From assembly GCA_041687695.1 (NCBI GenBank), contig JAWLBL010000027.1:63021-127020 (forward strand): a DNA stretch of 64,000 nucleotides, read 5' to 3'. Under the pieces are notes generated by a model. The model was not told the origin of the DNA and did no database searches. It saw nothing but the letters and a program-made list of their open reading frames with translations. Positions within the stretch are counted from its first letter, which is position 1. Each line of letters begins with the position of its first letter. Shown one piece after another: positions 19,382 through 27,874 of this stretch. The translations under genes were made by a program, and so were the position numbers. The stretch is from Myxococcota bacterium (GTDB taxonomy: Bacteria > Myxococcota_A > UBA9042 > PHBI01 > JAWLBL01).

Positions 19382-21064
19382 ATGCTGATCCTGTCCATCC
19401 GTGACAAAAACGGTGAGGAGCGGCGGCTCCAGTTCGACAAGGAAGAGGTCACGATCGGCCGCACGCAGGGTTCGGACATCGTCCTCCCGCGCAACAACAT
19501 CTCCAAGCGGCACGCGCGCCTGGTCGACAAAGACGACAAGATCGTCGTGGTCGATCTGCGATCGACCAACGGCACCTACGTCAACGGCCGCCGCATCACG
19601 GCGCCCGAGATCCTGACCTCCGAGGACAAGGTCTACATCGGCGACTTCGTCCTCAAGGTCATGACCGAGGTCGAGGCGTCGCAGCCGCAGCCGCCCGCCA
19701 GCACGCACCCGGGCCCGCCGCCCGCGCCCGTGTCGACCGGACCGACCGAGCACGTCGGCGCCGCGGCCGCCGCGATGGAGGTCGAGGCGACAGCGGCCAT
19801 CGACCTGTCTCAGGTCCCCGACGACACGGCGGCCGATCTGGACGACTGGGTCGAGGTCGACATCGACTTCGACGGAGGCGGCCGCCCGGCCAAGGCGCCC
19901 GTCAAGACGGTCGCGCAGATGCCGGCCGCCAGCTACCACGCGCCCGAACCGGCGGACCTGGATCTGCTCGACGCCGCCGACGCCTTGGACGACCTCGACG
20001 CGATCGAGCCCTACGTCGCGACGGCGCAGCCGGCCGCGCCCGAGCCGGCTCCGGCTCGGCCCGAGCCCGTGCAGCCGGCCCCCGTGGCGGCGCGTCCGGC
20101 GACGCCGCAGCCCGGCGTCGTCGCGGCGGCGCCCGTCGACACCGCCCCGGTCGGGCTCGGTCGGCTCGACGAGCTGCTCGCCGACGAGGCCGTGCAGGAG
20201 ATCCACGTCAACGGCTACGACCAGGTGCGGGTGATCCGGTCCGGCCGCGCCGAGGAGGCGCCCGGGTTCGCGCAGGCCTCGGACCTCGACGCCGTCGTCG
20301 CGGCGCTGTCCGAGCACCTGGGCCACGTCCCGGGCGACGCGCCGACCATGTTCAACGGCAACCTGCGCTCCGGCGCGTCGGTCGAGGTCATCCGCCCGCC
20401 GGTGGCGCCCGCCGGCCCGGTGGTGGTCATCCGCCGGCCGCGCGCTCAGGTCGTCACGCCCCAGTCGCTCGTCACCTCGGGCGGCCTCACGGAGGCGGCG
20501 CTCGGCTACCTGGCCGACGCCATCGCCAAGCGCCGCAACGTCGTCGTCTCCGGCCGCACCGGCGGCGGCCGCACCACGGTGATGAACGCCCTCGCCTACT
20601 TCGTGCCCAGCCACGAGCGCGTGGCGCTGGTCGAGCACGTGCGCGAGCTGCGGCTGCCTCACGGCAACGTCGTCCGCCTCGACAAGGATCACCTCGACGC
20701 GCACGCCGAGGATCTCGCCGGGCTCCTGCCGCGGCTGAAGGTCGACCGCGCGCTGCTCGACGAGGTGGCCGGGTCGGACGTCTACGGGTTCGTGACGCTC
20801 GCGCTCAGCGGGCACGACGGCCTGTTCGCCGTCATGACCTCCGGGTCGGCCCACAAGCTACTGCAGCGCATGGCGCTGGAACTCGAGCTCGTCTCCGGCG
20901 CGCGGCTCGATGATCGGGCGCGCGCCATGGTCGCCCAGGCGGTCGACGTCATCGTCCATGTCGAGCGAGACGGAAGCGGCGGGCCGCGGGTCGTCGAGAT
21001 CGTCGAGGTCGAGGCCGCGACGCCCGAGGGCTTCCGCACGCGCGAAATCCTGAGCCGGTCATAA
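19382..21064 (+). CDS. FHA domain-CpaF/TadA-like ATPase fusion with degenerate catalytic motifs
   Basis: FHA: IGR...ISKRHA...DLRSTNGTYVNG. CpaF-like: LLADEAVQEIHVNG, NVVVSGRTGGGRTTVMNAL, HERVALVEHVRELRL, DRALLDEV, QAVDVIVHVER. Confidence 0.85.
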   Translation: MLILSIRDKNGEERRLQFDKEEVTIGRTQGSDIVLPRNNISKRHARLVDKDDKIVVVDLRSTNGTYVNGRRITAPEILTSEDKVYIGDFVLKVMTEVEASQPQPPASTHPGPPPAPVSTGPTEHVGAAAAAMEVEATAAIDLSQVPDDTAADLDDWVEVDIDFDGGGRPAKAPVKTVAQMPAASYHAPEPADLDLLDAADALDDLDAIEPYVATAQPAAPEPAPARPEPVQPAPVAARPATPQPGVVAAAPVDTAPVGLGRLDELLADEAVQEIHVNGYDQVRVIRSGRAEEAPGFAQASDLDAVVAALSEHLGHVPGDAPTMFNGNLRSGASVEVIRPPVAPAGPVVVIRRPRAQVVTPQSLVTSGGLTEAALGYLADAIAKRRNVVVSGRTGGGRTTVMNALAYFVPSHERVALVEHVRELRLPHGNVVRLDKDHLDAHAEDLAGLLPRLKVDRALLDEVAGSDVYGFVTLALSGHDGLFAVMTSGSAHKLLQRMALELELVSGARLDDRARAMVAQAVDVIVHVERDGSGGPRVVEIVEVEAATPEGFRTREILSRS

Positions 21065-21074
21065 GCGCTTACCG

Positions 21075-22427
21075 ATGTTCACTCTGGTCATCGAAGACAA
21101 GAACGGCGCCGTCGCCGACGAGTACACGTTCGAGGACGGCGAGTTCCTGATCGGGCGCAGCCAGAGCGCCGACATCGTCCTGCCCTCGGACAACGTGTCG
21201 CGTCGCCACGCGCGGCTGTATACCGTCGACGGCAAGTGCTACATCGAGGACCTCGGCTCGGCCAACGGCGTGTTCGTCAACGGCCGGCGCATCCACGAGG
21301 TCTTCCCGATCGAGGGCTCGGCCCAGATCAAGGTCGGCGACTACTTCCTGCACATCGACAGCGACACGGCCAGCGCCGCGGCGCCCGTCGATCGCGTGCT
21401 GGTCAAGCTGCACGGGCAGAACCTGGCCTTCACCGACCAGGTCTATCGCCTCGAGAAGGCGACGACGTTGGTGGGCCGCGGCAAGGACTGCGGCCTGACG
21501 CTCATCGATCCGAGCATCAGCCGCATCCACGCCAAGCTCACCTTCGAGCGCGGCGGCCGGCTGACCATCGAGGATCTCAAGAGCTCGAACGGCAGCTTCA
21601 TCAACGGCGAGCGCATCACCACCGGGACGGCCGGGCACCGCGATACGGTGCGCTTCGGCAACGCCGACTTCATCGTCGAGATCCCCGAGGCCGCGCCCAC
21701 GTCCTCGCCGACCGCCCGCGGGCGGCAGGCCTCGTCCGCCGACATGGCGGCCTGGGGTGCCCCGCCCAAGAAGTCGCGCACGGGACTGTGGGTCGGGCTG
21801 AGCGTCTTCTTCGTGCTGGTCATCGGCGGCGGCGCGACGTGGTTCTTCTTCGGCGACAAACTGTTCGGCAAGCCGCAGGCCGAGGAGGCCAAGTCGGCGA
21901 CCGTCACGCCCGAGGACGAAAAGGCGCAGAAGGAGGCCGACAAGGCCAAGGAGGAGGCCGAGCTCAAGGCCGAGGAGATCCAGCTCCTGAGCGACCAGGG
22001 CACCGCGGCGGTCAAGGGCCGCGAGTGGGACAAGGCCCTGACCTCGTGGGAGGGCGTGCTCGAGCGCGATCCGCTCAACGAGACGGCCCAGAAGGCCATC
22101 AACCAGATAAAGACCTGGCAGAAGCACCAGGAGACCCTCGAGTCGGCTCGCAAGCTCCGCAAGGACAAGAAGTACGCCGAGGCCGCCAAGGCCCTCCGCG
22201 AGATCGGCGAGGGCAGCGTCTACCACGCCGAGGCGCAAGAGGAGATCGGTCTCCTCGTCGAGATGAAGGGCTCCCTGGTCATGCAAGCCGACGCGATGGT
22301 CAAGTCGCGCGACTGCGACGGCGCCCTCAAGCTCTACAAGGAGGCGGTCGTCCTCGACCCCCGCGACGCGGTCCTCGTCGAGAAGATCAAGGACGTCGAG
22401 AAGCTGCCGGCGCGCAAGTGTAAGTAG
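21075..22427 (+). CDS. tandem-FHA domain membrane protein with C-terminal TPR-like helices
   Basis: Two FHA domains (IGRS..VSRRHA..SANG; VGRG..ISRIHA..SSNG), one TM (LWVGLSVFFVLVIGGGATWFFF), helical TPR-like exported region. Confidence 0.88.
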   Translation: MFTLVIEDKNGAVADEYTFEDGEFLIGRSQSADIVLPSDNVSRRHARLYTVDGKCYIEDLGSANGVFVNGRRIHEVFPIEGSAQIKVGDYFLHIDSDTASAAAPVDRVLVKLHGQNLAFTDQVYRLEKATTLVGRGKDCGLTLIDPSISRIHAKLTFERGGRLTIEDLKSSNGSFINGERITTGTAGHRDTVRFGNADFIVEIPEAAPTSSPTARGRQASSADMAAWGAPPKKSRTGLWVGLSVFFVLVIGGGATWFFFGDKLFGKPQAEEAKSATVTPEDEKAQKEADKAKEEAELKAEEIQLLSDQGTAAVKGREWDKALTSWEGVLERDPLNETAQKAINQIKTWQKHQETLESARKLRKDKKYAEAAKALREIGEGSVYHAEAQEEIGLLVEMKGSLVMQADAMVKSRDCDGALKLYKEAVVLDPRDAVLVEKIKDVEKLPARKCK

Positions 22428-22446
22428 GCGAGTACACGCCCGCCGC

Positions 22447-22483
<37 letters not shown>

Positions 22484-22524
22484 AGGCGGCTGAGTCTGAG
22501 CCTAGAGGCCGGTTTGGAGTGGGG

Positions 22525-23528
22525 GTAGCCTCCGCTCCGGCCGGCCTCGAGCGTTTTAGTCGCCTTGCGGCGACGAAAACGCTTGACCCCGTCCTCCGCT
22601 GCGGCTGGGGGCTGATATGGCCCGGAACGGGGCGTTCCGGGCCGCGGTGCGTCCCGTACGCCTCGGCGACTGGGCGCAGCCCTTACCTCGTCTCCCAGCC
22701 TGGCAACTTCCTCCGGGAATTAAACACCTAGCCAATTAGCCGTTCCGGGACGACGGGCTCGGCGAGGCTTCCGCCCCGGGGCGGGGCCATCGAACGCCCA
22801 GGTCATTGGTCGTCCCTGGACGAACGGCCTGCCTGGGCTTCCGCCCCGGGGCGGAGCAATTGGACGCCCATACAATTTGTCGTCCCGGGACGACGACGGA
22901 CGCCTGAGCTTCCGCCCCGGGGCGGAGCCATGGAACAAGCAGCCAATGAGTCGTCCCGGGACGACGACGGACGCATGGACTTCCGCCCCGGGACGGAGCA
23001 ATTCAACGCCCATACAATTAGTCGTCCCGGGACGACGACAGCTGCCGGGACTTCCGCCCCGGGGCGGAAAGCAGAATCCAGGTTCTCGTACCGGGACGAC
23101 GGTGCCCGCCAGCCGGGACTTCCGCCCCGGGGCGGAGAGCAGAATCCAGGTTCTCGTCCCGGAACGACGACGACCGCCTTTGGCCCTCCGCCCCGGGGCG
23201 GAGAGCAGAACACAGGTTCTCGTACTGGGACGGCGACGACCGCCTGGGCCTCCGCCCCGGGGCGGAGAGCAGAATCCAGGTTCTCGTACCGGGACGACGA
23301 ACCTTCTCCTCCGCCCCGGCACGGAAGCCGTGAACGCGTGAGCGTCGCATCTAGCGCAGGCTCCCAACTCGAGACACCCACGCCGGCCACCGGCCGGGAC
23401 GCCCCGCGGCCCGGAAGGTCCCCTTCCGGGCCGATATCGGCCCTCCAGCCGCAGCGGAGGGCGGGGTCAAGCGTTTTCGGCGCCGTCAGGCGACCAAAAC
23501 GCTTGAGGCCGACCGGAGCGGAGGCTAC
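22525..23528. mobile_element. ~1-kb non-coding element with ~133-bp imperfect terminal inverted repeats (MITE-like, unclassified)
   Basis: 22525-22656 aligns with the reverse complement of 23395-23528 (about 14 differences by eye). No transposase and no clear target duplication, so mobility is inferred only. Confidence 0.55.
22738..23326. repeat. array of nine 59-71-bp units containing two alternating 16-bp palindromes
   Basis: TCCGCCCCGGGGCGGA at 22770, 22840, 22911, 22982, 23053, 23121, 23187, 23251, 23310 (six perfect) alternates with GTCGTCCCGGGACGAC (perfect at 22879, 22950, 23021; degenerate elsewhere). Confidence 0.92.
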
Positions 23529-23578
23529 TCCGACCGACCCCACGACCCAAATCTGCGCCGCCAGCTTCCCAAGCAAGG

Positions 23579-23978
23579 AGCCCGCGCGAGCGCGGGCGTT
23601 CCAGCTTCCCCAACCAAGGAGCCCGCGCGAGCGCGGGCACTCCAGCTTCGCCAACCCATGAGCCCGCGCGAGCGCGGGCACTCCTAGCGGCGGAGAGCTG
23701 CAACCTGGTGGCGCGAAAGCCCGCGCGAGCGCGGGCACTCCAGCTTCGCCAACCCATGAGCCCGCGCGAGCGCGGGCACTCCTAGCGGCGGAGAGCTGCA
23801 ACCTGGTGGCGCGAAAGCCCGCGCGAGCGCGGGCACTCCAGCTTCGCCAACCCATGAGCCCGCGCGAGCGCGGGCGCTCCTAGCGGCGGAGAGCTGCAAC
23901 CTGGTGGCGCGAAAGCCCGCGCGAGCGCGGGCGCTCCAGCTTCGTCACCCCAAGAGCCCGCGCGAGCGCGGGCACTCC
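23579..23978 (-). repeat. REP-like tandem array (9 copies of GGAGTGCCCGCGCTCGCGCGGGCT) with a 41+57-bp higher-order unit
   Basis: AGCCCGCGCGAGCGCGGGC(A/G)CTCC at 23579, 23620, 23661, 23718, 23759, 23816, 23857, 23914, 23955; spacings 41,41,57,41,57,41,57,41. Confidence 0.92.
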
Positions 23979-24132
23979 AACCGGCGGAGAGCCTTGGCCT
24001 CTCACTCCGCGGTCTTCGGTTCGCCACGGCCACGCTCTCGGCATCCTCGTCGCTCCCGAAACGCAAGAGGCCGAGCCCCCAAGTGGGACCCGGCCTCGGT
24101 GCGGACGGACCGTCCAGACGCCGCGCGGCGGC

Positions 24133-24756
24133 CTACTCGGCGTCGGGCTTGTTCACCTGCTTCTCGATGCGCTCGAGGAGGGCGTCGAAGCCGCTCTTCT
24201 TGACGATCTTGGAGAACTGACCGCGCCAGTTGATGGCCATCGAGACGCCGTCGACGACGATGTCGCCGGCGCGCCACTCGAGCTTGCCGCCGACCTTCAC
24301 GGGCTCGAAGAGGTAGTCGACGTCGGCGGCGGCCTTTTCGCCCGCGACGGTCGTCTTCACCTCGGCCTTGGCGCCGTCGTCGGCGAAGACCGTGTCGCCG
24401 CGGTAGGAGACGGTGAACTGGGCCTTGGGCTTGAAGCGCTTGGCGTAGTTCTTGATGACGAGGCGCCGGAAGAGGGCCTTGAACTTCGCCTGCTGCTCGG
24501 GGGTGATCTCGTCCCAGGTGGCGCGCAGGGTCTTCTTGGAGAAGGCGTCGTAGTCGACCAGGGCGTCGAAGTGGCCGGTGATGTCCTCGACGAGCTTGTC
24601 GCGGGTGGTCGCCGCGTCGACCGACTGCTTGATGACCGCGTAGGCGCGGTCGACGTTCGCCTTGGGGTCGCCCGCGGGCTTGTCGGCGGCGGAGGCGACG
24701 CCGGCGAGGCCGAGGACGAACAGGGCGAGGAGGACGGCGGGGAACACCTTGCGCAT
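24133..24756 (-). CDS. mlaC: MlaC/Ttg2D family phospholipid-binding periplasmic protein
   Basis: Signal peptide; VDYDAFSKKTL..TW..ITPEQQAKF; DVDYLF...WRAGDIVVDGVSMAINWRGQFSKIV; GGAG RBS. Confidence 0.85.
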   Translation of the reverse strand: MRKVFPAVLLALFVLGLAGVASAADKPAGDPKANVDRAYAVIKQSVDAATTRDKLVEDITGHFDALVDYDAFSKKTLRATWDEITPEQQAKFKALFRRLVIKNYAKRFKPKAQFTVSYRGDTVFADDGAKAEVKTTVAGEKAAADVDYLFEPVKVGGKLEWRAGDIVVDGVSMAINWRGQFSKIVKKSGFDALLERIEKQVNKPDAE

Positions 24757-24817
24757 GGGGAGGACTCCTTGGGGTCGGGCTCGGACAGCGCGTCGGACGG
24801 CGGCGGGCCGCCGAGAT

Positions 24818-26230
24818 TCAATCCTGCGTGGCCTGCGGGGCCTGCGGGGGCTCGGCGGGCGCGAGCTGAGTGATGTCGGCGCCGACCGCCTGGCTCAGCT
24901 CCCAGACGAGCACGTTGTGTTCGTGCACGTTCTGAAGCCAGGCGACCTTCTTGCTGTAGAACTGCACGAGCGCGTCCATCACGTCTCGAAAGCTGCCGAA
25001 GCCGGCGTCGTAGAGATCCCAGTTCGCGGTCAGCCAGCCCTGGGCGGACCGCTGCGCCTGCGCGTAAACCTCGATGAGGGCGCGTTTGTTCTCGAGCCTC
25101 TGATGAAGCTCGCGGACCTTCAGCTCCTGCAGGTCGCGCGCGACCACCGCCTCTTGCGCGGCCTTGTCGGCCTGGGCCGAGGCCTCGTCGGCGCGGAGCA
25201 GGCGCTGGTGGATGTCGAGGTTCCAGCGCAGGCCGACGATGCCGCCGACCGACCGCGCGTGGTAGGGGTCGTTGGCGAACGAGGTCGGCTGGTCCTCGGC
25301 GACGTTGCTGTCGGCGAGGCGCGCCTCGCCCGCGAGCACGAGGTCCGGCCACAGCTCGGCCCGCTTGTTGTCCGCGAGGGCGCGCCGCGCCCCGGCCGCC
25401 GCGCGCGCCATGCGCTGCTTCGGGTCGTTGCCCTTGGCCACCGCCCAGTACCGGTCGGCCGACAGCAGCGTCACGGCGATGGGCTGGAGGGAGTCGGCCG
25501 CCAGGGCCACCGGGGCGTCGCTGGGGCGCGACAGCAGCAGGCGCAGCCCCTGCCCGGACATCGTGGCGAGCAGGCGGTTGTCGGTCTCGAGCTGGTAGAA
25601 CTCGGCGACGCGCGTCTTCAGGCGCAGGTGCTCGAGCTGGTCGTAGTCGTCCGAGTCCTCGGCGCGCTGCCGCTCCATGCGCTCCTCGGCGCGGGAGATC
25701 CACTTGTTGCCCTCGACCAGGATGGCGTCGAGCTCGCGCGCGAGCAGCGCGCCGTAGTAGGCCTGGGCGGCGCGGACGCGGAGCTCCCAGCGGGCGACGT
25801 CGACCTGCGCGCGGCCGACGGCGACGCCGTGGCGCGCGGCCTCGCGCAGGCTGGAGATCTTGCCGAAGGTCCACAGCGGCTGGACCATCGTCACGTTGAC
25901 GCGCCAGACATAGCCCCAGCGGTCGAAGTTGACCTCGCTCTCGAGGGCGTTGCCCCGCAGCTCGGGCATCGGGGCGGCGCCGGCCTCGAGCCGGAAGGTC
26001 GGCAGGATCGCCCAGCGCGCCTGCGCCATCTTGGCCTGGAAGTCGTCGAGCCCGGCGCGGGCCGCGCGCATCAGCGGGCTGGTGCGCTCGATCTCGGTGA
26101 CGAGCGCGTCCCAGGTGTAGCCGGCTTCGGCCGGCGGCACCTCGACGTAGGTCTCGGCCCGGCTCGCGTGCGGAGCCGCGATGACGGCGAGCGCGGTAGC
26201 GGCGATGGTGACGAACAGGGCGTGCTTCAA
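24818..26230 (-). CDS. TolC family outer-membrane protein
   Basis: Signal peptide, two OEP-like repeats (MVQPLWTFGK; ELWPDLVL...GLRWNL), AYYGALLA, C-terminal WELSQAVG; TTG start at 26230 with GAGG. Confidence 0.85.
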   Translation of the reverse strand: MKHALFVTIAATALAVIAAPHASRAETYVEVPPAEAGYTWDALVTEIERTSPLMRAARAGLDDFQAKMAQARWAILPTFRLEAGAAPMPELRGNALESEVNFDRWGYVWRVNVTMVQPLWTFGKISSLREAARHGVAVGRAQVDVARWELRVRAAQAYYGALLARELDAILVEGNKWISRAEERMERQRAEDSDDYDQLEHLRLKTRVAEFYQLETDNRLLATMSGQGLRLLLSRPSDAPVALAADSLQPIAVTLLSADRYWAVAKGNDPKQRMARAAAGARRALADNKRAELWPDLVLAGEARLADSNVAEDQPTSFANDPYHARSVGGIVGLRWNLDIHQRLLRADEASAQADKAAQEAVVARDLQELKVRELHQRLENKRALIEVYAQAQRSAQGWLTANWDLYDAGFGSFRDVMDALVQFYSKKVAWLQNVHEHNVLVWELSQAVGADITQLAPAEPPQAPQATQD

Positions 26231-26350
26231 CGTGACCTCGAGGTCGCGGACCGGCCGGGTCGGCCCGGCGCCGCCGGAACACAAGCAAGACTCGGGCGGC
26301 GGGTCAACCGCGACGAGGACGGAAAGGCGCGGGAGGCGCCGGCGAGACGC

Positions 26351-27874
26351 TCAGCGCAGGGGCGCCTTGAGGCGCAGCAGCTGGCGCGTGGCGGCCAGGG
26401 TCTGCTCGGCGCCGAAGAACGCGCCCTCGAAGCCGAGGCCGCCGTACAGGGCGTCACCCGCGAGCAGGACGTTGTCGTAGGGGGTGGCCGGCGCGAGGGC
26501 GCTGGCGTCCAGGGTCATCGGGGCCGGCCGCTCGTAGACGGGCGCCAGCTCGTGCGGGTCGAGCATCGGCTGGCCGGAGCCGCGCTCGACGGTGAGGGCC
26601 GGCGTGTCGATGACGCGCAGGTGGTCCGACAGCCAGGGGATGAAGGCCTGCAGGCGCTCGACGACGCGGTCGGTCAGGCGTCGGGCGCCGCCGACCGTGG
26701 GGCCGAGGCCGGTGGTCGCCATCAGGGCCGAGACCTGCAGCGTGCCAGGCCCCGGGCGGCCGTCGCGCTCGCCGAAGCTGCCGTCGGGGGCACGGGTGAC
26801 CCATAGGGCGTTGTCGCCGGTGAGGGGCGCCGCGGGATCGGCGATGAGCACGACGTCACCCGCCATGCCGCGCGGGATGACGCGCGGGTCGACGGCCAGG
26901 TTGACGGTCAGGCGCCAGGCCGAGACCGGCAGCGACGTCAGCGTGGCGTGGAAGCGGCCGATGCGCTTGTCGGTGGGGATGAGCTGGAAGACGCGGCGCG
27001 GGTCGGCGTTGACGACGAGCAGCTCGCAGCCGAGGGTCTCGCCGGTGCCGGCCAGGCGGACCTCTTTCACGCGGCCGCGGCGCAGGACGATCTCGTCGAC
27101 CAGATCGTGGGGGCGGTGGTCGCCGCACTGGTCGACGAGCTTGCGCAGGAACATGGCCTTGAGGCCGTCGAGGCCGTCGCCGAGGCGGTACAGGCCGCCG
27201 CGCAGGTGCGTCCAGAGGCGGGCTGTGGGGAGCGCGCCGAGGCCGAGCGGACGGGAGCCGTCGTGGACGCCGGCGAGGTGCAGGAGCGGGGCGGCCACCA
27301 GGGCGCGCGAGAGCGGGTGCGCGGCGACGCTGGCCACCGGCGCGGGGTCGGGGGCGTCGTCGAGCAGATCGTGGGCGGCCCCGGCGGCGGCGCGGTAGCG
27401 GCCGGCGGCGCGCCAGCCGGTCATCGGGTACAGGTGATCGGCGCGCAGGGCCGGGTCGGCGTCGCGGGCGCGCTCGGCCGCCCAGGCGTCGAAGGAGGTC
27501 AGCCGGTCGGGGTCGAGATCGGCCGCCACCTCGCGGTCCAGCTCGCGGCGCCAGCGCTCGTCGTGGCTGGTGAGGTCGAGGCGGCGGTCGGGCAGGACGA
27601 GCTGCAGCACCGGGTCGGTGGCGCAGGGGCGGCCCTTGAGCTCCATGGCGAGCGACAGCTCGGAGAGGACCTGGCCCACGACCTGAGAGGTGGCGAAGCC
27701 GTAGAAGCGCTCGGGCTGGCGCAGGAAGACGTGGCCCTCGTGGCGGTAGAGGTTCGGGCGGGCGCCCTGCCCGAGCACGGCCACGCGGTAGCCGGCGCGC
27801 GAGGCGAGCGCCGCGTAGACGAGGCCGCCCAGGTCCGTCCCGAGCACGATGATGTGGTACCAGGCGCTGCTCAT
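26351..27874 (-). CDS. FAD-dependent oxidoreductase-like protein (phytoene desaturase superfamily, divergent)
   Basis: N-terminal Rossmann-like IIVLGTDLGGLVYAALASRAGYRVAVL; C-terminal TPYDNVLLAGDALYGGLGFEGAF; ATG overlaps the purN stop. Confidence 0.7.
   Translation of the reverse strand: MSSAWYHIIVLGTDLGGLVYAALASRAGYRVAVLGQGARPNLYRHEGHVFLRQPERFYGFATSQVVGQVLSELSLAMELKGRPCATDPVLQLVLPDRRLDLTSHDERWRRELDREVAADLDPDRLTSFDAWAAERARDADPALRADHLYPMTGWRAAGRYRAAAGAAHDLLDDAPDPAPVASVAAHPLSRALVAAPLLHLAGVHDGSRPLGLGALPTARLWTHLRGGLYRLGDGLDGLKAMFLRKLVDQCGDHRPHDLVDEIVLRRGRVKEVRLAGTGETLGCELLVVNADPRRVFQLIPTDKRIGRFHATLTSLPVSAWRLTVNLAVDPRVIPRGMAGDVVLIADPAAPLTGDNALWVTRAPDGSFGERDGRPGPGTLQVSALMATTGLGPTVGGARRLTDRVVERLQAFIPWLSDHLRVIDTPALTVERGSGQPMLDPHELAPVYERPAPMTLDASALAPATPYDNVLLAGDALYGGLGFEGAFFGAEQTLAATRQLLRLKAPLR

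Noticed and set aside
22738..23326. CRISPR array interpretation of the ~70-bp periodic repeats
   Set aside because: Intervening sequences are related to one another rather than unique, two different palindromes alternate, the period shrinks progressively, and no cas genes are in the window.
23579..23978. CRISPR interpretation of the 24-bp repeats with 17/33-bp gaps
   Set aside because: Only two linker types recur, almost identically; this is tandem amplification, not spacer acquisition.
22519..24277. Multiple ORFs called across the repeat region (e.g. 22803..23855, 22930..23661)
   Set aside because: They are translations of palindromic repeats in several frames, with no RBS, codon bias or recognisable domain.
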